Assembly (NCBI GenBank): GCA_964252035.1
Contig: OZ176204.1
Reading direction: 5' to 3' (one strand)
DNA length: 64,000 bases
Source: Podarcis erhardii
Taxonomy: Eukaryota
Each line of letters opens with the position of its first letter. Position 1 is the stretch's first letter. The position numbers and the translations under genes were made by a program. Of this stretch, positions 24,101-49,484 are shown in pieces. A model generated the notes under the pieces. That model did no database searches and was not told the origin of the DNA. It worked only from the letters and a program-made list of their open reading frames with translations.

Positions 24101-27100
24101 AAGAAAATCAGGGGGAAAGTATATATAAAAGCTCTAAGATCCTTGAGAGGAGGGACTCTAGAAAAACATAATGTTCTCCTCTTACAAAGGCACTGCACTG
24201 GCAGTTAGCATCTGGTCTCTAGCATTGCAGTCTTTAGAAGACAAGGGTGTTGGCTCTAAAGCTGCCTTTGTTTTACCTGTCAGTCTCTTAAAACTTGTCC
24301 CTTCCTGTCTTCTCTTTCAGCAGTTCCTCCACTGACTACAAATACTGTCTCCCCGTCTCTTACACTGCTGGCCAACAACCTTTCAGTGCCCTCAAGTGAC
24401 TTGCCACCTGGTGCCTCTCCAAGGAAAAAACCACGAAAGCAGCAGCACATAATCTCTACAGAGGAAGGGGATATGATGGAGACTAATAGCACTGATGATG
24501 AGAAATCCACTACCAAAAGCCTGCTGGTAAAAGCAGAGAAGCGCAAGTCACCTCCAAAAGAATATATAGGTGAATGGAAATAAATAAATTAATTAAATAA
24601 TTGGTTGGTTGGTTGTCATCTTCTCCAAGTAATACCCATCCACCCAAAATGTAAGATTGCCACTAGAAAAGGAATTTGAGCTAAAAATGATCAACTTTGG
24701 GTCCGTCTGTCCCCCGTAAAGATCAGTTTTTCATGGCAGATTTTTATTTGGGGGGGCGGGGAGCTGTTGGAGCTGAATTAATCTCGAATTCAAAGTATGC
24801 CGGCCCTATCGTGGGATCACATTTTCTTTCCTAGCTCAAAACGCAAGCACCTTAAAAGAGGCTTTAGTTATTTTTCTCAATCTTGCTTTAGATGAAGAAG
24901 GTGTGAGGTATGTGCCTGTACGTCCTCGGCCACCCATAACACTGCTTCGCCACTATCGCAACCCATGGAAAGCTGCCTATCATCACTTTCAGCGGTATAG
25001 TGATGTCAGAGTGAAAGGTATGTCTTCCTGTCATTACATTTTGCATGGGTCGGTGAACAGATGTGTTACAATATTAGACAGGTGTCTACTTGCAAACATT
25101 TAACCTCTGATATAGGATGTGCAGCAAATTGCCTAGAAACATATCCACCATCTAAAGCCACTGTAATATTTGTACTGCAGAGGCAGTGCTAATACATATC
25201 AGTTTTCCTATTGTTATTGAGGTTTAGTTATACATAAAGTAATAGAGATCCTCAGCTGACAGGAAGTAGTCCCCGTATAGTTGCTTGCTCTCTGTGTGTC
25301 TGCCTAGCAAAATGAATTATGCAAGAAAAGTGGGTGCAAGGAGACTTGCTTACTTTGCATTATGTATTTATTGAATAAGACTTTGGGGTTTCTACATATA
25401 TAGTCCCTGGCTATCAGACAAACTAAGTTTACCAACACTTGATACAAAGATTCAAAGCAAGCCCCACTCCACCCCTGTTCAGATCACAGAATTTGGCTGT
25501 TGCATTATTGCACATCTGACCCTGGATCCCTGTTCCTGCATTCTACCAACATCTGTGGTCAGGTTTCACATACCAGGTACACAAATGACTGCTGCAGTAA
25601 ACTTAGTATTTTTGTAGCTCAAGGAATAAGGTACATTTCACCTTTTAAAAACTCATTATTTGCTTGTGTCTCGTATTTGACTCTTGTTCTAGAAGAGAAG
25701 AAGGCTATGCTGCAAGAGATCGCTAATCAGAAAGGTGTATCCTGCCGTGCACAGGGGTGGAAGGTCCACCTTTGCGCAGCACAGCTATTACAGCTGGTAA
25801 GTGGGGGAAATGGGATAGTTTCATATAAAATGAGGAAGAAATTCCTCCAAGAAAAGCCTTAGCCCAGGAAGCTTTCTTAAAGGTGATACAAAACTATATA
25901 AATATATATCATTTATATTATTTTTTTAAATTACCACCAGATTGATAAGACTATTGGAGGCAGCACTGTTCGACATTCATGGATGCTTCTATTTCAGGTG
26001 GGGGTGATGTAGGTGCTTTGTATTCTAGCACCAAGCTCCCAAGGCCATGAGGAGTACAATGGAAATGTGACATTACATTGTGTATGTAATTTAGGAGTGC
26101 TGGGGCTGCTGATGGTGTGTGAAACGAGGTTTTGATCTAAGTATAAGAGGTGATGGTAAGAGGACTAGAACCTCAAAGCATATATTTCACAGGCATTGGA
26201 TGACAGTTACTTGCATATAGGGAGTTACTGTTGTACTGCATTGTAAGAAGCATAGGCTAGGATCCATGTTTCCTCATTCTGAAGTGGGACAGCCCTGCTT
26301 CATTTTGAAGCATATTTCAGAGAGCTTCCTACTGCAGTTGCAATAAAGACATTGTAACCTTAAGAAGAGGAGCACTGTTCTGTCAGCAGTGAAAAATAGT
26401 ACTGAATCTTTTGAAAGCAGTTGTATGAGCAGATGGAATTTTTATAGCTTATGTAGCCCTTGATATGAAACAGTGTGAAAATGTTAGGTGTTCTTGCCAA
26501 ATTCTAATATTTTATAGACCAACCTGGAACACGATGTGTATGAACGACTCACCTCCCTGCAAGAAGGGATCATTCCCAAGAAAAAGGCAGCAACTGATGA
26601 TGATTTGCATCGAATAAATGAACTGATACAGGTAAAGGCTTATTGTTCACTCCTTCAGTTTGGTGATTTGCAATTGATATTTTTTCTTAATTTAAATGGT
26701 GGGACATTTTTTTTAAATGTGAAACAAACAATTGTTAAAAGAGGGTAGAAAATGAACCACACAGTATTTTAGTATAGCCACTCAAAATATTAACGTATTA
26801 AAAAACAACACATATGATTCTTTAAAAAAATGAATAATTTGGGATGTATTTAAACACTACAACAAATAGAAAATAGATATTCACAGGTTCCATGGTTCCA
26901 CGTATCATTCAAAGCCTGAGCATAATATATGGGAGCATAATAGTTGGGAGCAGACACATGGGGGAGGAGGGAGAGAGAGACAGAGAGAAGAAGAATTAGT
27001 CCATTAGTCTAAAAAAATTGGTCTTCAAACACTGATGGAAGGCCAGTGCCTTGACACACTGAATTACTCCTTTAGGAAGAGCATGCATCCAGAGTATATA

Positions 27101-27993
27101 ACTTCATAATAAAGAGTAGATACATGCATAGTTTTGTATACTTACATTTTATCTTTTTAATCAGAAAAGAGTATGCATTGATCTGTTTCTGTTGGGCTGC
27201 TTTGGACATACCGGTAATTTTAAACTGTGATTTAGTGTTGTGTGCAAAAACCTTTGGCTTCTGCACCTCCATCCTCTTTGTGGCAGCCATAAGGAAGATA
27301 CCCATTTTTAATTAACTGCAGTTTAGTATTCCATTCAAATTCTAAATTACGATTAATATTAATTATGGCTAGGGAAACAAGCCAACTTAATCAACCATGG
27401 TTTGAAATTGGCTTGTTTCCCCAAACCGTAATTAAAAATAACCGTTGATCCAGGTTTGGACATGACTCTCCTTGCCGCCATGCAAGAAGTGGAAAGGGGA
27501 GTGGGAGAGCACACAAGCCTCATTCAAGCAGCACTAAGTTTAGCATTGCGTCCAAATGAGGTTGCTTTCGCCTTGAAAGTTCACCATTATTACTATGTGT
27601 CTTGAAATGCAAATGTCTTACATAATACATTTGATGTAGAGAGTCTAATTTCCCAGATTATTATTAGCAGAAAGTGGAAACATACTTGTTCATCTGTTCC
27701 TAAACGGCTGCTTCATTTGTTTTAAAATTCTTTAGGTCATGTACTCTCTGACATTTCAATGTGGTTGTTTAAAGATTACTTGTGTGCCTATGAGGCATTC
27801 AGCTGTTTAATATCAGTCCTGTGTTGTGTTTCAGGGGAATATGCAGAGATGTAAGCTCGTAATGGATCAAATAAATGAAGCTCGAGAATCCATGTTAAAG
27901 GTCTTGGATCACAAAGAGCGTGTTCTGAAGCTTCTCAATAAGAATGGAACTGTCAAGAAAGTATCCAAATTGAAGAGAAAAGAAAAAGTCTAG
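9123..27993 (+). CDS. SAP130: Histone deacetylase complex subunit SAP130 (Sin3A-associated protein 130), 1056 aa: join(9123..9234,9379..9614,10946..11104,11338..11449,12468..12592,13762..13886,15015..15165,15719..15809,16131..16235,16716..16857,17697..17815,19072..19374,20430..20604,21924..22028,23015..23373,24321..24569,24892..25017,25693..25796,26518..26631,27835..27993)
   Basis: All 20 exons have AG acceptors and GT donors (one GC donor at 12593), the phases chain correctly, and the total is 3171 nt. The translation runs MSSQQFPR...REEKQETVVVRPYPQVQM...GASPRKKPRKQQH...RHYRNPWKAAYHHFQRYSDVRVKEEKKAMLQEIANQKG...KKVSKLKRKEKV*, matching vertebrate SAP130 including its conserved C-terminal domain. 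Confidence 0.97.
9850..10128 (+). mobile_element. Decayed CR1 LINE 3' fragment
   Basis: Contains ...gatgttttaaagcagaggctgg... and ends ...ccttttcaactctgtgaatctatga, typical of CR1 3' ends. Confidence 0.6.
11700..11830. mobile_element. Degenerate foldback MITE (ACTACAAYTCCCATCATCC family)
   Basis: gactacaaatctcatcatcc ... gatgagagttgtagtc inverted arms. Confidence 0.55.
12165..12296. mobile_element. Near-perfect foldback MITE, hAT-like
   Basis: 56-bp inverted arms (gtgtttcccaacctttggtctccagctgtttttggactacaaYtcccatcatccct) with one mismatch and a 20-nt spacer. Confidence 0.85.
13149..13619. mobile_element. Non-autonomous Tc1/mariner (Tc2/pogo-like) element
   Basis: TA flanks, imperfect TIRs CCGTATTTTTCGCTCCATAAGACGCAC / GTGCGCCTTATGAGTGAAAAATATGG, internal palindromes, and no transposase. 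Confidence 0.75.
14052..14722. mobile_element. Tigger/pogo-like non-autonomous DNA transposon, 671 bp
   Basis: TA flanks, perfect 22-bp TIR CAGTGGTGCCTCGCAAGACGAA, and internal GCCTTCAGAAG/CTTCTGAAGGC repeats. Confidence 0.9.
19193..19345 (+). repeat. Coding tandem repeat in SAP130: five ~10-aa QG(I/L)xxAP(I/M)G units
   Basis: QGIQSAPIGA QGIQPAPISA QGIQSAPIGT QGLHPAAPIGT QGLQTAPMGA within exon 19072-19374. Confidence 0.85.
19737..20098 (+). mobile_element. Full-length Sauria SINE (tRNA-derived, Bov-B-type tail)
   Basis: A box GGTGGCGCTGTGG, B box AGTTCGAATCCC, (ACCTTT)n tail, and a perfect 14-bp TSD TATACATTTTTGAG (19723-19736 / 20099-20112). Confidence 0.95.
20960..21520 (-). mobile_element. 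Decayed L2-type LINE fragment
   Basis: Motifs such as agaactttgaatcaggcccag...gcagccagtgcag and gcattctgcaccagctg resemble antisense squamate L2 ORF2. The fragment is heavily mutated. Confidence 0.5.
23523..23730. mobile_element. Tigger/pogo-like MITE, 208 bp
   Basis: TA flanks and a perfect 21-bp TIR CAGTGGTACCTCTGGTTATGA. Confidence 0.9.
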
Positions 27994-28706
27994 AGCCAGA
28001 GGTATAAAGACTCTGGAAACAAAGGTTGTACAGAACAGTGTTAAGGCTCTTTTAATTGGGGGTTTGTTTTAGAGAGCTACATCTGAGTAAGAAGGACGAT
28101 GGATGGATACGTTGGAGCCCAATGACCTTAAGGGATGATTATTGATCTATCAAAGGAACAAAGATTTTTCTCAGGCTTGTCCCTGTTTAAACTCTTCACA
28201 GTCACATTTTGTTTAGCCCTCTTGATGTGCCAGTGCCTATTAATTGGAACCATTGATGCAAACGTGATAGACAGTCCTCGCCCTTCCATCCTACAGTTTT
28301 AGAGATAACTCCACAGGTTTGTACAATGGATTCTGCAGCAGACCTCAAGAACCATCTATCTTGAAACTGTTTGGAGATGACACTACTTCCACGTAGCCAA
28401 CTCAGTTTTTTGCTCCTTAAGATCTTGCAGTGGCTAGAGCAGCCTTCATAAACCCAGTGCCATTTGCATTGGTGGTCCTGCTACATTTAGAATCTTAAGT
28501 GGTTCTGAAGTCTCTAGCTGTCTATTTTTTAAAAAATACATTTCAAAGTGATTTGTAGTGTTGTGGAGTGTGTGCGTGTGCCCATGTTGGTGCTCTGGGA
28601 TATTGTTTTCAAAGTACTCTCATACAGCACAGTACTTCCTGTAGCTGGTGTGATGCTCTTCATTGTGTTACATACAATTTGTGCTATATGACATCCTGGA
28701 AACATG

Positions 28707-28712
28707 AATAAA
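28707..28712 (+). terminator. Candidate SAP130 polyadenylation signal
   Basis: AATAAA about 710 nt after the stop codon. The true cleavage site cannot be determined from sequence alone. Confidence 0.35.
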
Positions 28713-30616
28713 GGATTTGGAGGATTTTGTATAATAACAGGTGCATCTAATTCTGTGCTACAGATCCCAGCAAGGAAAAGCCAGATAAGAACTATAGGGA
28801 AGTAGCTGCTTTCGTTCATGACATGTAAAAAGAACAGATTGGTATGCACAACAATTACACTTTTAGCAATCTAGGTTAAACATATTTTCATCCATATTTG
28901 CTATTTCTGTAATAAGCTGCTATCAGTTCTCTTAGTAGCATATATCCATATAGGATATAACACTGGCAAAATCCAGCACGTACAAATTTCATTCAGTGGA
29001 AGGGGCCACTGCCAGCCAAAAGAAAACAACTGCAATGGGAGGAGTGCAAAGGCACACACATCCATAGCAATCCCACTCGGAGCAGCCAGTCTAGATGCAG
29101 CTCCCAGCAGGTACAATATCACCCACCATGTACACTGCTGGCCAGGCACCCAATAGAGCACCCACCCATACTAAGGCAGAATGAGATGAGCTACCATTAG
29201 CAAAGGCCAGTGGGTCAGAGCAAGCCTGCTAGTGCAAAGATAAGGCAGGCCAGGGGGAGGTTCACTCAAGTGTAGATTGCCCCTTGACTACAAGCTCCCC
29301 AACTTCTTCAGTTTTCCTTGAAGCCCATATCCAAATAGTAGCAGTGGGGGCAAGGGGATGTTTCTGGAGATCAGGACAGTGGTGCTCCAAAATCTGGGGG
29401 GAGGGGCCTGGCTAGGCAGTCAGTGGGAGGGTAGCCACAACAGTTGGTGGACCCTGGAGGAGTAGCATGCCTGTACAAAGAAAGGCAACTTATACCAGGG
29501 ATGGTTCACAAGCTCATTGCACTAGAGCATTGCCAAGCACACCTTTTTTACACCTTTCCAGGAGTGCTGAGCAAAGCCACCTCCATGGTTTGATGACTTT
29601 GGGGGAGGGGAGCTGCAGCTGGGCCAGCTGGTCAGCCTCTTGGGCACTGCCAACTCCTTTCTCTGCTTCTCTTAACATGGCACCACCATGTCCATTTCCA
29701 GCCTATCATGACTGCTCCATACTAATGGTATCAAGAATGTCCTCCTGGGCTTGCATTACCCAGTAATAGGGCATTTCCAATGGAATGTGGCATGGGTAGT
29801 CCAGCCTGTGGTCCCAAGAGGGTACACTGCCAGGCTTCTGTGAGGTAGAGCGTGCAAAATTAGATATGTGTTCTATGAAACTGTTGGCTTCTGTCTACGC
29901 TATCTACATGATGGTGATATGCAATACCCAGTGTCCATCTCATGAATGCCACAATGCCAGAAAATGTTCCTAACTTCTAGATCCTTAGTTTCTAACCAGC
30001 TACATCTGCTAGAGGACCACAGGGGGCTTTTGGGTAGATGTGTGAGATGGATTAACACATAGCAACATCCAGACAGGAGAGGCCATTGATAACCCTTTTA
30101 CTTCCCCATGCACACAGCTGAATACCCATGGATACTCAGTGAAGCCCTTTATTCAAATACTCATTGGGGACACTGAAGATGTGATTCCATGGCCTGCATC
30201 ACATGGTAGGGCAATGTGACCCACTCTCCTGAGAAGGTATCCAAAGTTGTGATGGCCCGTGCTATTCTCTATATTGTCATGCACAGAAAGCTACCCATGG
30301 GCAAGGATAGTGCTGAGCTGCCACACCTCACTGTGGAAGGAGCAGACATGGTTGATGAGTGAGTTGCACAGGGTTGCAATCTTCATGCTGTTGGTACTTG
30401 GGACCACACAGGTAATTCATTTACAGACAATCCACTTGACTTGTGTAGCCCTTGGCATGCTTTCCTTTCTCCTCCCATGCCCACATTTAATAACAGATTT
30501 TGGAATTACTTACATTTCTTTCTAACAGGCATCTTCCATCAGTAATGTGGGGTGGTAACCAAGTAAGTATCCCCAGAGTTCAGGATGTTTACTACTAAAA
30601 TGCAAGTGCATAAGGC

Positions 30617-30877
30617 TTGCAGCTCCTGCCAACCTAGGAGTTTGAAAGCACGTCAAGTGCAAGTAAATAAATAAATAGGTACCGCTCCGGCAGGAAGGTA
30701 AATGGCGATTTTGTGCGCTGCTCTGGTTCGCCAGAAGCGGCTTAGTCATGCTGGCCACATGACCTGGAAGCTGTTTGCAGACAAAAGTCAGCTCCCTCGG
30801 CCTATAGAGCAAGATGAGCACTGCAACTCCAGAGTCATCAGTGACTGGACCTACTGGTCAGGGGTCCCTTTACCTAG
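30617..30877 (+). mobile_element. 5'-truncated Sauria SINE
   Basis: Colinear with the 3' two-thirds of the 19737 copy and ends ggggtccctttacc. Confidence 0.85.
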
Positions 30878-30894
30878 CCATCTGTCATGTATGA

Positions 30895-30978
30895 TCTAGT
30901 TGAGATTCATGCATTGCAGGGGGTTAACTAGATAGATGATCCTCAGGATCCCTTCCAACCCTACATTTCTATGATTCT
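30895..30978 (+). mobile_element. CR1 LINE 3' end fragment
   Basis: gagattcatgcattgcagggggttaactag...ggatcccttccaaccctacatttctatgattct. Confidence 0.75.
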
Positions 30979-31229
30979 TTTAATTCTTAGTGTGAGCTGC
31001 CTTGGCTGTTTGTTTACAAATACAGTAAATCAATCGATAAATCCTTGGCCTTTAAGCTGTTAAAAATATCTTTATGTGTGTGTGTGTGTGGAGATATTTC
31101 TGCCTGCAGCAGACAACCACATGCACCGCACTGGAGTGCCTATTCAGGCTGCAGTTGTAAGCACAATTGCTGGAGACCAATTCCCCTTGACCTCAACTGA
31201 ACCTCCTCCTGACTGAAGGCGTTTGGGCT

Positions 31230-32520
31230 TCAGAGGTACACGGCACCCCCGCTATAAACAACAGAACTCTGGCGACATTTCTAACCCATGGAGAAAGACA
31301 TCGCGTTTCTGATGGTAACGCTCCCTCTGCCTCGAGCTTCCTTCTCCGTCTAAAAAAACCGATTGGGGGGGGCAGGCGGCACGTTGAGTCACGTGACCTA
31401 TTCAGACCCGCCCCCGCCCCCGCTCCGAAGACGAGGGCGGGGAGGAAGGAGAGGCGGCTTCTATTTCCATTGGTCTCTTTCGCGCCTTCACGGTCTCACA
31501 TGACCCGCCCCCCCTCCAACGGATCAGGCGTCGGCGGGCGGAAGTCCCTCTGCTCCCGAGGATCTATGGTTTCTTTGTAGGAGGCGCTCCCCGCTGCGTC
31601 TATGGTCCTCGCGGGGCCGGACGGGAGGCTGGCGGATCGGCGTGCACATTCCTCCCCCATTACCTCACACTCGGCGAAGGGGCCGCCGGGATAGTGGAGG
31701 ACCTGCGCTCTGTGCCGCCTTGCTTCAGCTCCCTGTGTAGCCGGCGGCGAGCCCGGGATTCCTCTTCCGATTTCGCTGTGCGGTTTCCCCCCTTCCCCTC
31801 CCCCCGTCCCCGGGCCGCCTCGTCCTCCCCTGCCCCGCTGGGTCCACTTCTCCGGCTCTCGCCCGCCTCGGCCCATGGCTCCATGAAGCGCGGGGCAGTC
31901 GAGGTGGTGGCGGCGGCGGCGGCGCTGGTGGCGGCGGCGGGGAGGCAAGAGCAGGAGCGGCGGCGACGGCAGCGCTGGTGGCGGCGGCGTTGGTTGGGCT
32001 GAAACGGCGAACTGGGGAAGGGAGCCGTCTCCGCTCCGGGGAGAGAGAAGGTGGGGGCTCTCACGTCCTCGCCGCGGGGGGGGGGGCTGCTCAGATATTA
32101 CCCCCCCCCCTTGCGGGCTCACCTCATATTCCCCTCAAACCCCCCGGGCTTCATCCTCCTTTGCGCCGCTCTCGCTCCTTGTCTCTTCAGGTCTGGACTC
32201 TGGGGCGTCCGTCTTATGTCTCCCCCCTCCCGCATCTTCCTCGCGCCCCCCCCCCCTCAGGACCCGCTTTGTTGCTTTCCCCATGCTCGTGCACGGGGCC
32301 CTTCAACCTACTTATTCGCCGACTCCCGGCGTGGTGCAGCGGCTACAGACCGGGGCTTGGACCCGGTTCAAATTCTCGGTTCACCCGCCTGGGTGGCCTT
32401 GGGCAAGCCCGGCTATCCTTGTACATCTGTTTTGAGGATAGATGAGACATAATACCTTGTTACGGCGGCGGAAATGCTTATGGAACAGGGCTAGTCACGT
32501 CCTCCTCTTGCATTCAGTAC
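31230..32520. promoter_or_regulatory. CpG island / AMMECR1L promoter and non-coding first exon
   Basis: Very high GC and CpG density, palindromic E-box GTCACGTGAC at 31388, ATTGG boxes, GC boxes, GGC repeats, and a candidate donor AAG|GTGGGG at 32050. Confidence 0.8.
32325..32410 (+). mobile_element. tRNA-headed MIR/CORE-type SINE relic
   Basis: A-box TGGTGCAGCGG (32332), B-box GGTTCAAATTC (32365), then CORE-like tgggtggccttgggcaag. Confidence 0.6.
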
Positions 32521-33842
32521 AGTCACGTAGGTCGGCTCTTCGCTCCTAAACAGGTTTACTCAGCTATAAGCTCCGTTTCAGTTCAGTGGGACTTGGTGCC
32601 TAGCGTGTCTTTTAGGATTGCAGGCTGTAGTCTTTTATATTCGTTTGCCATAAGGTCCTGTGTATTTGTACCAACCTGCTGTGTCCAGCTGGGTTTTTGC
32701 TTCCAGATAAGGGAGCATAGGATCGTGGACTTAATTAGGAAGTAAAGTTCATTGGAATTAGGAAGTAAATTATTAGGAATTAGGATGTAAAGTGCATTTT
32801 GGAATATATATGCTTGCTCTGATGGTTTTCTGAAACTATTTCCATAAGACATTCGGCTGCTGGTTTTGCCCCCATCGACTACTCTAATAAATGTGTCTAC
32901 CCTTTGCTGTGTCTTCCTGTTGCTAATCATTTTATCTATGTAATCTGCCTTCTAATGCTATCAGTGCCATCAGCTTTGTATATGTCTGAGTTGAAATAGT
33001 GAAAGAGTTGGATCTCATACTTGGAGATGGCTTTAACATTTTATTCAGCTTCACCAGAGCAGAGTACCCCTGTTTTATCTTCTCTGCAAGTGTGGCTGAT
33101 GTACTAGAGGAGATAATTAGCCATGCCGGTGTATTCTATCCCAGTGTCAGTGTGGTCTTAAACTAAGTGAGCTAAGATGACAGTACATGTCTGGTCATGA
33201 GGATCATCTGTAGAGGTGCTCCTGGTTATGCCAACATGCATACCTTTGGAAGTGTATGTTTTCTGTAGTACCACACTTGTATGAAATTGTCTCTCCCCAC
33301 CCCCCCACCCCGAAATAAGGCACATGCCAACAGTAAAGCAGTTCTGGCACATGCTGAAAACTTTGCTTATCATGGCATTTGCTGGCTACTGATGCCAGCT
33401 ATTATAAGATTCTATAAGGATATTCTTATTGTCTGTCTGCAAGTGTTTTAATTATTTTGATTGTATTTGTATAATATTTTATATTGTACATCACCTTGAG
33501 ATGCCTCTGCCAAAGGCAGTATATAAATATTTTAATAAATAAGGCCCAAGCACCCTGCACCTAATACTTCTAGGGTATTTCTTCCTGTATTAGCTCTTTC
33601 ATTTTGCTTCTTTCACTATCTTTTGTACACTCTCTGTACAAAAGTTCCCCCACCCCATAAGGAAATACAGTAACATTGTCTTTCAATGGTTTCAAAGCAG
33701 TAGTTTCTCTGAGTGCATGTCATAGTAGGAGTAAGATGGACTTTGGGTCAAGAACAGAAAAGATAGAAAAGCCCACATTTACTTTTTGTCTCGTACACTG
33801 TGTTAACCTACTATACCTCTTTCCATCTATTTCACTAGCAAC

Positions 33843-33916
33843 GAGGTAGTGCATTTAGGTAGTGCAAGTCTAGTAGTGCAAGTCGTAGTAGTAGTGAGGT
33901 AGTGCAAGTCTAGTAG
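33843..33916. repeat. Short minisatellite-like array
   Basis: Three exact GTAGTGCAAGTC copies (33859, 33873, 33899) among GTA triplets. Confidence 0.8.
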
Positions 33917-36092
33917 CTGATTCAGTGTTTAATTTTGATTCAGTCTTAATTCAATGTTTAATTTTGCCTAGATATGATTTTATAGCCCTTTTTTCCTGAA
34001 TGTTTTTTTTCCAGATTTGGGGAACAGGAATGGGCCGTGAGAAAAGAAAATTCATTCCAGATATAAAATAGCTTCCCCTTCCACTTGTCCATCTCCCCCC
34101 TTGGCAATACAAGGTTTCTGCTTTCAGTAAGTATTATCTCAAGCATAATATGTTGAAACTTATGGCACAATGATGCTGTGAATACTGGTGACTGGTATTA
34201 CCAAAAAGCATATGAAAGGGAAGAGCTTTACCCACCTTACAACCTCCAATGTTACTGTATTCTTTCTGCACCCCGCCCCAACCCCTAAGCTTGGTGTTTT
34301 TTATGTTTTTTTTTACAATTGCTGCACATTTCCAAAGTGATGCCAAGGTTAGATAATATCCTATATATTTTGCAGCCCTGTTTCAGTAACAGAGCTCAAA
34401 CTGAGATGAAATAGGGTGTTCAACCCAATAATTAGCAAAGCAATAAAGTTATTTGATGTAATGTTATAAGTAATTGCTGCCTATAAAACCCTTTTTTCCA
34501 TATGCTGAGGTGACTGCAGCCAGGTGGGGGTAGGATGGCGAGTTAATTGTTGGATAAAAATAGAACTGAATAGGTGGTTCATTGTTAAATTGTTTCTTTC
34601 TCTTTGCTGGTATTTACAAAATGTTAGCATCTGGAATACACCAGCCAGTTTCATCTACATTTGCTTTCTGACCATTTGCACATAGGGAATAATAATTTTC
34701 TTATAAAATCCCTTGCAAACATCATACATTCTGTGCATGCTTTGGATTGACTTCTGAGTAAATGCGCCTAGGTTTGTGTTGCATACAAAAGGCAGTTCTG
34801 GCCAGCATGCTAACTAGGCCATTGACACAGGTGCAGCCACAATTGTAGAATTCTCCCTCCTTTTTCATAGCCTTGTATAACCTTCCATTTATAACTAACA
34901 CTTTTCAGCCCCAAACCAAACCAAGGACTGAGGCCTACACCCAACAGAGAAGATTGTCCTATTCAGTTTTTAATTTGAATTTAAGATAGTGACATAAAAG
35001 AAAGTTCAAAATCTAAGGCTGAAGGTCTCATTGCTATCTGTTATCTGTGTTTTGTTAGAGGGATCCTTGATCAAACTCCTTGGTGGTTATTTGTATTTCA
35101 GTGATAATGGGCAAATTGCACTAATTCCTAAGAAAGGGTGGCAGCAGTAGACCTGCATATGGGAATGTCCAAGAAAGGAAGACTCACCCTCTTGACTCTA
35201 CCAGGCTAATAACTAGCATAGGAGAGGTGACTAGTATACTGCCTTCTTCCTCCAAAGTATTTATGACAGTGGGAGTTTTCACCTACTCTTTTTGCCCCAG
35301 TATATACCTGTCTCCTGCTGGTAGGTGTAGGGGCTATCACTGCTGATCAGACTTTCGCGAGACAGGTGTGAGCAAGGGATGGATAGAAAGAATAACCTCT
35401 TAAGTTATAAGATTGCACATCTAGAAGATAGTGAAATGGCTGCAGCCTTTGTTCTAGCAAAAGGCCAAGTCTGTTAAACTGAATATGTTCAATATCTGGA
35501 AGACTTCACAGTTCCCTGTGCCTTGGACATAGTATTTTGCAAGTGAACTGAAACCCTAGGTTGAAAGCAAACTAAAATTGCAAGCATACAGTGAGCACTT
35601 TGTAGCACTGTGGCCATTCAACCAATTGTATGTGTGATGATGTCACTGAGCACATCTGGAATGTTTTTCTTGGGTTTATCTAGCAGCATTCTGCTTTAAT
35701 CCAAAGATAGTTCAGGTTGAGGACTACTCTCCATTCCTATTGCTGTATGAGGTACTAAAACACACAAATTGTCTGCAGTTACATTTAACTATTGGATCAC
35801 ATGTTGCTCATGCAAACTTCACGGTAATGTTCCTTTTCATAAATAAAGTCTACATGACCTTTGTAAAAAATGTCTTCATAACTGTGCACATCGGTCTGCT
35901 TTCTATTTAGTTTTCCAGTCTTGTGCAATCATATGTGAGCTATGGAACTCGAGTTTTTAATGTGAGAGGTGTAGTTTTCTTACTGTGGAAAAAATACATC
36001 CTTATAATTTGCTTTTCTTTTAGTATAATGCTATGTGTTGCATATTGTGTGTTTTGCCAGGGTTCTACAGTACTCCAGACAGCAAGTGCTGA

Positions 36093-49484
<13,392 letters not shown>

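Noticed and set aside
31496-32122. 208-aa minus-strand ORF and other long ORFs in CpG islands (2889-3515, 7121-7432, 56469-57014)
   Set aside because: Low-complexity G/P/R/A-rich translations expected in GC-rich DNA, many with GTG/TTG starts and no recognisable domain.
33895-33916. TGAGGTAGT, identical to the first 9 nt of let-7
   Set aside because: The rest does not match let-7, there is no complementary hairpin arm, and it lies in a simple repeat.
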